64,000 nt of DNA from Aulosira sp. ZfuVER01 (GTDB lineage Bacteria > Cyanobacteriota > Cyanobacteriia > Cyanobacteriales > Nostocaceae). Positions 1 through 7,883 of the stretch are shown piece after piece. Numbering within the stretch: the stretch's first letter is position 1; each line of letters begins with the position of its first letter. A program made the translations under genes and the position numbers. The stretch lies in assembly GCA_034530615.2 (NCBI GenBank), contig JAVRCV020000041.1:160001-224000 (forward strand), given 5' to 3'. The notes below the pieces were generated by a model. It saw only the letters and a list, made by a program, of their open reading frames with translations, was not told where the DNA came from and made no database searches.

Positions 1-1
1 T

Positions 2-61
2 GATATCCAGTATCGCCCCGTAGCGATTACCATGTTTGAGCCTAAAGAAAGGAAATATTAA
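2..61 (+). CDS. sdhA: 3' end (partial) of succinate dehydrogenase/fumarate reductase flavoprotein subunit
   Basis: Frame +2 reads DIQYRPVAITMFEPKERKY*, which resembles the conserved C-terminus of SdhA/FrdA flavoproteins. Only 19 codons are visible. Confidence 0.65.
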   Translation, partial: DIQYRPVAITMFEPKERKY

Positions 62-244
62 GCGATTTAATCAAAACTAAGCATCAAAAAACCACAAATG
101 AACGCTGATAAACATTAGTGTTCATTTTTGGTTAAATATCTAAAAAAATTGGGCAATTTTTGTTTACCTGAACTCATACAAGGGAACTCTAGAGAAGTAT
201 ACGTAGAGTATTCAGGAAACCCAATCCGCTACGGTCACAAAGAT

Positions 245-3241
245 ATGACTCAGCTTTCTCCCAGCCACCATGAAATATCCCCAGAAAAAATACTTCTGGA
301 AACCGAGAGTGATGAAATCCTAAAGCAAGAATTGATCGCTCTCCGGCAGAGAGTGGCGCAGTTAGAGCAAGAGTTGGCAAGCAGGCGACAGTCACAATTG
401 TTTGAGCAACAGACAAATCCAGATGAAGCTGAGAAATTCTTAAAGCAAGCAAGGGAAGAACGCCAAGCTTTGATGACAATTCTAGAAGCCAGCGCTGATT
501 TCATTGGTATTGCATCAATGGAGGGAAAACCTTTCTACCTCAACCCAGCAGGAATGAAGTTGGTTGGACTCAAAGATATAGAGGAAACAAAGACCATACA
601 TATCAGTGAATTGATAGTACATGAAGATCGGGAACTATTCCATCAAAGCATTTTACCAACTGCGATTCAGGAGGGTTATTGGCAAAGTGAATTTCGGTTG
701 CGCCATCTCATTACTGGAGAGTCGATTCCAATTGACTATACCCTGTTTGTTGTCAAAGATCCCCTCACAAACCAGCCTATTGGTTTAGCAACCATTAGCC
801 GGGATATTCGCGATCGCAAATGTACCGAACAGCGTCTTTTAGAACAAGCACAGTTGTTACAAAGTGTTTGGGAAGGTGTAGATTACGGCATCGTTGTGTT
901 GGATGTTTTGGATGATGGTGCAGAGTTCCGTTTTGTCGATTACAATCCAGCGATGGCTCGTACCAGCCCTGTGCCGATGAAAAGTCTCTTGGGCAAAACT
1001 TTGACAGAATTTTTCGCACAAGATATGGCAGACCTCTACCGTCAACGCTACGCTGCGGCTGTCTACTCTGGCAAGACTAACTTTTTTGAAGAGCATTTCT
1101 GTGCCAACGGTCAAGAAACTTGGTGGTCTTTAAGTGTCACACCCCTAAGAGATGCTAGTTCGCGCATCCATCAAATTGTCATCACCGCAACAGACATTAC
1201 AGAACGCAAACAAGCCGAAAGCTCACTGGAACAACAAGAAATCCTTTACCGCAGGATTTTTGAAAATGTCAGCGATGGTATCAACATTCTCGACTTGGAA
1301 ACGGGAGAACTTGTTGCAGCTAATCCTGCTGCTTGTCAGATGCATGGCTATTCTCAGGAAGAATTTATGAGACTTCAGCCTCCAGAATTTATTCATCCAG
1401 ATAGTCTGCCCAAGTTTGCAGAGTTTATTCGCAAAATTCAAGCAAATAGTAAATTTCACGATCGCGCAGTAGACGTGCGTAAAGATGGCACGCTGATTGA
1501 TGTTGAGGTGACAGCAACTCCTTGCTTTCTCAACAATAAAATCCATGCATTAGCGGTACTTCGAGATATTAGCGAACGCCAACGTGCCGAAGCTGCGCTG
1601 GCCGAAAGCGAAGCTAAGTTTCGCAACCTTGTAGAAGGTGCTAACGATATGCTGTGGATTTGCACGCTGGATGGAGTTCTTACCTATCTCTCCCCACAAT
1701 TTCAAGTCATGTTTGGGTACAAATCATCCGACTGGCTAGGACAATCTCTGGTACCTTTGGTTCATCCAGATGATTTAGCAACAGCAATAGCGTTGTTCCA
1801 TCAAGTTCTAGAGACTGGTGAGAAAGGAGCAGGAGTAGAATTTCGGCACAAATGCCTAGATGAAAGCTGGCGGTGGGTCAATTCTAATGCTTCCCCTGTT
1901 AAGAATGCTGAGGGGCAAATAATCGGCTTTCAGGGAATTATGCGAGACATTAGCGATCGCAAACAAATAGAAACCATCCTTGCCGAAAGTGAGTGTAAAT
2001 TCCGTCGGTTTGTGGAAGATGCCAATGATGTGATTTGGTCGTCTCAATTAGATAGTACTCTCACTTATATTTCTCCCAAGTTTCAGGATATTTTTGGCTA
2101 TGAAGTTTCTGAATGGTTAAATCGCTCGTTTGTACCTTTGATTCACCCTGACGATTTAACCCATGTTATGGAATTTCTCAACCAAATTATTGAAACAGGA
2201 GAAAGTGGTGCAGGCACGGAGTTTCGCCATCCGAAAAAAGATGGAACTTGGGGATGGGTGGCATCGAACGCCTCACCAATCAAAGACGCTGATGGAAAAG
2301 TTATCGGATTGCAGGGCATTTTACGGGATCTGAGCGATCGCAAACAAGCGGAAATTGAACTCCAGCAAAAAACTAAGGAACTAGAGCAAACTCTACAAGA
2401 ACTCAAACAAACCCAACTCCAAATGATCCAAAGCGAAAAAATGTCCAGTTTGGGTCAAATGGTGGCAGGTGTTGCCCATGAAATCAATAACCCAGTTAAC
2501 TTTATTCACGGCAATCTCACCCATATTGGTGAATATACTCAAGACTTGTTAAAGTTGGTGAAACTTTATCAGTATCACTATCCTCAGCCACCACAAGAAA
2601 TTGTAGATGAAATTGAGTTGATCGATTTGGAATTTCTCATCGAAGACTTAACTAAAGCCCTCCACTCTATGCGCTTAGGTACTAAAAGAATTCGAGAAAT
2701 TGTGCTTTCGTTGCGTAACTTCTCACGCCTGGACGAAGCCGAAGTTAAAGATGTCAATATCCACGATGGCATCGATAGCACCATTACTATCTTGCATAAC
2801 CGTTTGAAAGCACATTCAGAACGGCCAGAGATTCAAATTATCAAAGAATATGGCAACTTGCCGCTGGTAGAATGCCATGCGGGACAACTGAATCAAGTGT
2901 TTATGAACATCATCAGTAATGCAATTGATGCACTTGAGGAATACAATCGGCAGCAATCCAACACAAGTATTATCTCAATTCAGACAAAAGTAATCCAGAA
3001 CAACTGGGTGCGAATTTGTATCGCTGACAATGGCCCGGGGATAAAAGAAGAAGTTCGCCAACGTTTGTTCGATCCCTTCTTTACCACAAAGCCAGTCGGT
3101 AAAGGTACTGGCTTGGGTTTATCTATCAGCTATCAAATCGTCACAGAGAAGCATGGTGGTAAGTTATGGTGTGAATCTATACTCGGTCAGGGAACAAAAT
3201 TTATCATTGAAATTCCCATAATTTTTACACACTTGAAATAG
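245..3241 (+). CDS. Multi-PAS/PAC sensor histidine kinase
   Basis: About 5 PAS-PAC repeats (ending DI[ST][DE]RK-like), H-box MVAGVAHEINNP, and HATPase N/G1/F/G2 boxes (DNGPG, DPFFTTK, GTGLGL). ATG 245 (MTQLS) is preferred over TTG 128. Confidence 0.9.
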   Translation: MTQLSPSHHEISPEKILLETESDEILKQELIALRQRVAQLEQELASRRQSQLFEQQTNPDEAEKFLKQAREERQALMTILEASADFIGIASMEGKPFYLNPAGMKLVGLKDIEETKTIHISELIVHEDRELFHQSILPTAIQEGYWQSEFRLRHLITGESIPIDYTLFVVKDPLTNQPIGLATISRDIRDRKCTEQRLLEQAQLLQSVWEGVDYGIVVLDVLDDGAEFRFVDYNPAMARTSPVPMKSLLGKTLTEFFAQDMADLYRQRYAAAVYSGKTNFFEEHFCANGQETWWSLSVTPLRDASSRIHQIVITATDITERKQAESSLEQQEILYRRIFENVSDGINILDLETGELVAANPAACQMHGYSQEEFMRLQPPEFIHPDSLPKFAEFIRKIQANSKFHDRAVDVRKDGTLIDVEVTATPCFLNNKIHALAVLRDISERQRAEAALAESEAKFRNLVEGANDMLWICTLDGVLTYLSPQFQVMFGYKSSDWLGQSLVPLVHPDDLATAIALFHQVLETGEKGAGVEFRHKCLDESWRWVNSNASPVKNAEGQIIGFQGIMRDISDRKQIETILAESECKFRRFVEDANDVIWSSQLDSTLTYISPKFQDIFGYEVSEWLNRSFVPLIHPDDLTHVMEFLNQIIETGESGAGTEFRHPKKDGTWGWVASNASPIKDADGKVIGLQGILRDLSDRKQAEIELQQKTKELEQTLQELKQTQLQMIQSEKMSSLGQMVAGVAHEINNPVNFIHGNLTHIGEYTQDLLKLVKLYQYHYPQPPQEIVDEIELIDLEFLIEDLTKALHSMRLGTKRIREIVLSLRNFSRLDEAEVKDVNIHDGIDSTITILHNRLKAHSERPEIQIIKEYGNLPLVECHAGQLNQVFMNIISNAIDALEEYNRQQSNTSIISIQTKVIQNNWVRICIADNGPGIKEEVRQRLFDPFFTTKPVGKGTGLGLSISYQIVTEKHGGKLWCESILGQGTKFIIEIPIIFTHLK

Positions 3242-3291
3242 TTATTTATCAAAAGTCAAAAGTCCAGAGTCGTTCTTACCCTTCTGTCTTC

Positions 3292-4671
3292 TTAGACAGA
3301 GTACTCTTTGATACGCGGCATTAGCCCGAATAAACTTAAAAGCGCGATCGCACTCACTGCAATTGAAGTTGTCATCTCAAAATTGTCTACATCGTGAAAG
3401 CCTTGCTGAATTGCCTTGTCGAAAGCTGCTTGGTTAATATCGAAACTCTTTTGATTAGTCGTTTTGAACTGCTCAAACGCCCAATCTGACTGTCCGGGTT
3501 TGTTACCTATGCATAAAGCGATCGCTTCTTGATGTTTGCCACTTTTCTCTAACTGACGAATTTGTTTATCGATATCAATATAGGTTCCCAAGCTGGAGAG
3601 ATTTGCCAGTGTCGCTTCTTTTTCACCTGCAAAAGTAATATTGTTGAGTTCCTCAGCCAAGTAACCTGTGAACCCATCTAGTTTGTTACCCTGAACTTTA
3701 TATGCTTCTGCTACTGACTTAAAGGTGTATCCATTAGGTAGTTGGGCAATTTGAGCTACATTTTGGAAAAAAGCTTGTTCGCGATCGCTAGCAAAAGCTG
3801 GGTCGAGCAAATAGCGACTTTTAGCAGCATTGGCAATATAGGCGATCGCCCTAGCTTGGCGTAATGCGTGCATAGAAGTAAAAGCATCTTCTTTCGCCAC
3901 TCGCAGATGTTGGGAAGCAGCAAGTAATGCCCCGACGGTGTAATTTAAAAAGCCAATAGCGATCGCGGTTGCTATCAACAACGCCGGATTAAAGGTGCGG
4001 CGCATCCGTTGGCTGAGAAATAGCTGAAGTCCAACCAGTACAAAGATCAGTGCAATACTGATTAGGAAAATGGAAAATATAGAGTTTCTCGTTGTAACTT
4101 GTTTGTGATTATAGGTATCTTCTAAAGCTTGCAGATTTACCTTGTCTAGTTCATCGGCTGCGGGTAGCAGTGTTTTATCCATGATTTCCGCAGCTGCGCG
4201 ATAAGCGACCAACATAGAATTAGTATCACTACGTGCGTGAGAGTCTCGTGCTTGCTGGATTTTGGTTAAGTAATTGCCTAACGCCAGTTGCATAGCCTCA
4301 ATCGGTTTGCGTTCTTTATCTCCAAAGGTGATATTTTCAGCAGCAGCCACCAGCCTTTCAGTAACTTTTGAATATCGCTCTTCATAACCCTGAACAGCAT
4401 CTTGGTTTTGCCCCGTTGGCACTAGCAATTCGTTAGCGAGATTAGCATCCATACCTGCAAGCCCATCTTTCAGGCGTTGAGCAGTAACGATACTTGGTGT
4501 TGAGTCTTGCCCAACAGTTTTGATGGCCTGTCTCTGGGATTGAACTCCGCTAATAATAGTAATTAAAAGTAAGACACTGGTTGCCCAGGTTAAATATAAA
4601 CCACCCTTGAGCAATTGCGGAGTCGTGAGTCCGCGAATAGCTTTGCTTGAGACTGTGATAATTTTACTCAT
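3292..4671 (-). CDS. GlnX-like membrane protein (4 TM, two extracytoplasmic helical bundles)
   Basis: Hydrophobic segments at the N-terminus, centre (two) and C-terminus. The central SQRMRRTFNPALL resembles the R-x-RR-x-x-N-P/x-G-L turn of actinobacterial GlnX. It lies in a PknG operon. Confidence 0.7.
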   Translation of the reverse strand: MSKIITVSSKAIRGLTTPQLLKGGLYLTWATSVLLLITIISGVQSQRQAIKTVGQDSTPSIVTAQRLKDGLAGMDANLANELLVPTGQNQDAVQGYEERYSKVTERLVAAAENITFGDKERKPIEAMQLALGNYLTKIQQARDSHARSDTNSMLVAYRAAAEIMDKTLLPAADELDKVNLQALEDTYNHKQVTTRNSIFSIFLISIALIFVLVGLQLFLSQRMRRTFNPALLIATAIAIGFLNYTVGALLAASQHLRVAKEDAFTSMHALRQARAIAYIANAAKSRYLLDPAFASDREQAFFQNVAQIAQLPNGYTFKSVAEAYKVQGNKLDGFTGYLAEELNNITFAGEKEATLANLSSLGTYIDIDKQIRQLEKSGKHQEAIALCIGNKPGQSDWAFEQFKTTNQKSFDINQAAFDKAIQQGFHDVDNFEMTTSIAVSAIALLSLFGLMPRIKEYSV

Positions 4672-4810
4672 TTGTCATTTGTCATTTGTCATTTGTTATT
4701 TGTCATTTGTCATTTGTCATTTGTTCTTCTTCCCCTCATCTCCTCCTTGTCTCCTTGTCCTCCTTGTCCCCCTTGTCTCCCCACACTTCCCACACTCCCC
4801 ACACTCCCAT
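4670..4810. repeat. STRR-type tandem repeats (TTTGTCA)n, (CCTTGTCCT)n, (CCCACACT)n
   Basis: About 7 copies of tttgtca/tttgtta followed by 9-mer and 8/9-mer arrays in the intergenic region. Confidence 0.9.
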
Positions 4811-4817
4811 ATCTCTC

Positions 4818-5474
4818 TCATCGAATAGCTTCGATCGCAATCCTTGTCCAATGTCCTAAAGTAAATTCATCTCCATCTTGTAGAGGAATATCTACCATTG
4901 GCTTTAACTCCACGCCTTTAAATTGTGTGCCGTTGGAAGAGCCAATATCGCGCAGCGTGAATGTACCATCTGCTTGACGGTTTAATAAAGCATGGCGGTG
5001 AGATACAGCATCATCAAAATCTAGTGCAATTTCTGGGTCAATTGCCCGGACTTGGCTATTGCGACCGATCAGGTTAGTTGCCTTTTCTAAAGGAAATATC
5101 ATCGGTGCTCGATCGATTGGGGGTTCGGGGCTTTCGGGATGACGCAGAGATGGGTCGATTGTCACCACCAACTGCCAACCTATAGGGGGAGACGCGGAGA
5201 CAGAACTTTGTTTTTGTGTTACCTTCTCTTCTTGTTTTGGGGTTTTGGCGATCGCTAATTCGCCATGTGCCTTAGTAACAAAGTTGTAACCACAAATTTC
5301 ACAATAGACACCGCTATCGGTTTCGTGGGGCGCACTGCAATCTGGGCAGGTTTCAAAATTGGTTGTATTCTGAGCTATGGTTTGTTCAGATATACCGAGA
5401 ATTTTGGCTCCACAGTCCGAACAAAAATCTGATTCGGTTGATTCGTGTCCTTTAGGACATTTATATGTAGACAT
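4818..5474 (-). CDS. Double zinc-ribbon + FHA domain protein
   Basis: N-terminal CPKGH..CSDC..CPDC..CEIC. The C-terminal FHA has intact pThr-binding motifs IGR, VSHRHA and DIGSSNGT. Confidence 0.9.
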   Translation of the reverse strand: MSTYKCPKGHESTESDFCSDCGAKILGISEQTIAQNTTNFETCPDCSAPHETDSGVYCEICGYNFVTKAHGELAIAKTPKQEEKVTQKQSSVSASPPIGWQLVVTIDPSLRHPESPEPPIDRAPMIFPLEKATNLIGRNSQVRAIDPEIALDFDDAVSHRHALLNRQADGTFTLRDIGSSNGTQFKGVELKPMVDIPLQDGDEFTLGHWTRIAIEAIR

Positions 5475-5546
5475 AATTGCTTTGTTCTTTGTTGTTTGTC
5501 ATGTGTCTTTTGTTTTTACAAACCACCAATGACTAATGACAAATCA

Positions 5547-6830
5547 CTAATTTGGAGATTTAGGAATCCGAGTAGTTTTAGTAGAACGAGTTTCTAATGC
5601 CATTGCATCTTCCTTTGCTATTTCTCGTTTGAGCCGTACTGTACCTGTAGGCGCATCCTGAACATCAACCACAGTTTTAAGTAGTTTGGCTGTGGCTTCG
5701 TTACCAGATTCATGCGCTAATTTCACTGCTTTGCCCAATTTAGCAGTAGCCGCTTCAATATCACCCCTAGCACGGGCTTCTAATCCTTCTTGAATTGACT
5801 GAGCTAGTTCTGCTTGTCCTGTGTAGTGAGCAACCCGGTTATTAATTTTGGTAGATTTGGCGTCATCATCTGTCCAAGTTGCCAAAATCCGGGCTTCTGC
5901 AACTTTGGTTTCCGTACCGTTGAGAGCGTACACTAAGCTGGCTCGACCTGCTAACATTTCATCACCAACATTACCGGGATTGACTTCGATGCAGAAGTGG
6001 TAATCGCGGGACTCATTGCTACCCCAAGCACCAGTAGGGTAATCCAAAATCTGCGGTTTGACGGATTTAGCACGGTGGGTAAGGTCAACAATATCGGGAC
6101 TTACTTGTTTGCAGAAGAGTACTTTTGCTCCTTGGGGTGTCCACAAACGCAAGGTGACATCGCTGAGATCCTTACTCATGGCTTTTTCTAAAATTGCGCG
6201 AAAATCCACTTCAATCATCGCTGCATTGGGAATGATATCAGTTGTACCGAGGAGTTTGCCTGCAATTTGTTGGAGTTGGGCGACTCGCCAATCAGTACCA
6301 ACACCCCGGCAATCACACTGAAACACACCTTCACACTGCTGTAAAATCTTTTTCAGTGCTTGCTCATCGGAATCGTCGTTCATGCCATCAGTGAGCAGTA
6401 ATGCTTGTCTAACAGCGTCGGGTTTCTTTTTGAACTGTGCCAGCGCTTCAGTGAGCCAGGTAGACATGAGAGTGCCACCATTAGCCACGATTTTTTTAAT
6501 TGCGGCGATCGCCTGCTCTTTCTTTTCAGGTATAGCTTTAGATACGGGGAAAACTACGCTAGCCTTACTTGAGCCAGTCACAATAAAGAAGTAAGCATCC
6601 TCTGGTAGCAAACTCACAACTTTTTCCATTGCATCCTTAGCAGCGTGAATCTTACCACCACCCATTGAACCGGAGACATCACAGATAATCCCAAATAGTC
6701 TGCCGTTGTGGGGAGTGGCGGGTACTCCATCACCTTTTTCCACGCTGACAGTCATGATGGCATGAACTTCTTTGGCACCTTGGTGTAAATATTGGTTTTG
6801 GAAAACTTCGGCTTTAAATTGGTTAGACAT
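5547..6830 (-). CDS. VWA (von Willebrand factor A) domain protein
   Basis: MIDAS DVSGS, GGT and LLTDG motifs. ATG 6830 (MSNQFKAE) is chosen because the longer ORF runs through STRR repeats. Confidence 0.9.
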   Translation of the reverse strand: MSNQFKAEVFQNQYLHQGAKEVHAIMTVSVEKGDGVPATPHNGRLFGIICDVSGSMGGGKIHAAKDAMEKVVSLLPEDAYFFIVTGSSKASVVFPVSKAIPEKKEQAIAAIKKIVANGGTLMSTWLTEALAQFKKKPDAVRQALLLTDGMNDDSDEQALKKILQQCEGVFQCDCRGVGTDWRVAQLQQIAGKLLGTTDIIPNAAMIEVDFRAILEKAMSKDLSDVTLRLWTPQGAKVLFCKQVSPDIVDLTHRAKSVKPQILDYPTGAWGSNESRDYHFCIEVNPGNVGDEMLAGRASLVYALNGTETKVAEARILATWTDDDAKSTKINNRVAHYTGQAELAQSIQEGLEARARGDIEAATAKLGKAVKLAHESGNEATAKLLKTVVDVQDAPTGTVRLKREIAKEDAMALETRSTKTTRIPKSPN

Positions 6831-6904
6831 ATTAGGGTATTGGGAATGGGGCATTGGGCATTGGGCATTGGATGAGGGAATAGTCCATCTGCCATCTGCC
6901 TTGT

Positions 6905-7864
6905 TCATAAAGCGAGAATTGCTACGGTAATGTTGTCATGTCCGCCGCTTTGGCGGGCAAACTCCACCAAGTTACGAGAGACACTAATTGCATCTTTACT
7001 GGATGATTGCTGGATTAATTTAGCCAACTGCCAAGGTTCAGGGGTATAGTTCCATAACCCATCAGTACACAAAAGCAGGTATCCTGAACCGGGAATCGTA
7101 AAGTTCACAATTGAGGGGATAGCATCTGCAACTGCATCTGCTCCTAACCAGCGAGTAATTGCATGAGCTTTGGGAGATTGTCTAGCTTCAGCTTCAGTCA
7201 TTTCTCCTGCTGCTACTACTTCATATAACCAGGAATCATCCTGAGTTAACTGTTGGGTAGCGTTGGCAGAAATCCAGTAAGCGCGGCTGTCACCCAGCCA
7301 ACCAATAGTAGCGGTATGATTATGTACAATAGCAGCAACAATAGTAGTTGATGGTGGATCGGAATTTACACTAGATACATAAGGAATTTTACATACAGAG
7401 TTGAGAGCAGCGACAAAGGCAGATTGAATCGCTAACTCTGGTTTCTCTTTTGTTTGCCAAACAGTCGCTAGTTCTAAAGATGCAGTTTCAGCAGCAGTGC
7501 GGGCTGCTAGATCGGGTTGCTCGGCACTGGAAACGCCATCACAAACTACGAGAATATTTACCTGAGAGTTATTGATCTGTTGGAGAGCGAAAAAATCTTC
7601 ATTGCGGTGATGTCGAAAACCGCGATCGCTCGCTCCTGCTAACTGTGAATTAATTATTACTTCTAGATAATCTCGCTCCTTGAGTTCTCTACGAAATCCG
7701 CAATTAGTACAGTAGCCTTCTATATCAATTGCTTCAATTCCTGCACCGCATTTTTCACAGCCTTGTGTAGCTGTTGGCGGTTTACTTGCGGTCAAAGGTG
7801 TACCGCATTCTTCACAAAAACGATCGCCTGCTAAGATAGATGCACCGCAACTCAAACATTGCAT
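6905..7864 (-). CDS. PP2C-family Ser/Thr phosphatase with N-terminal double zinc ribbon
   Basis: Motifs NEDF, VCDGVS, LGDSRAY, LLCTDGLW and GGHDNIT, plus four N-terminal CxxC pairs. Confidence 0.93.
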   Translation of the reverse strand: MQCLSCGASILAGDRFCEECGTPLTASKPPTATQGCEKCGAGIEAIDIEGYCTNCGFRRELKERDYLEVIINSQLAGASDRGFRHHRNEDFFALQQINNSQVNILVVCDGVSSAEQPDLAARTAAETASLELATVWQTKEKPELAIQSAFVAALNSVCKIPYVSSVNSDPPSTTIVAAIVHNHTATIGWLGDSRAYWISANATQQLTQDDSWLYEVVAAGEMTEAEARQSPKAHAITRWLGADAVADAIPSIVNFTIPGSGYLLLCTDGLWNYTPEPWQLAKLIQQSSSKDAISVSRNLVEFARQSGGHDNITVAILAL

Positions 7865-7883
7865 AAATATCTCCTCACCACAC

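Noticed and set aside
2..61. Functional link between sdhA (TCA cycle) and the PknG operon
   Set aside because: They are on opposite strands and separated by an unrelated kinase. Proximity alone is not evidence.
4607..4977. ORFs made of ICHLSF / PPCPPC repeats (also 23544-23834, 23997-24191, 54885-55103)
   Set aside because: These are translations of STRR arrays with no coding signal.
6831..6908. N-terminal extension of the VWA ORF (and upstream starts at 128, 18347, 24754, 48702, 51779)
   Set aside because: The extensions run through repeats or intergenic sequence. Downstream starts fit the domain boundaries better.
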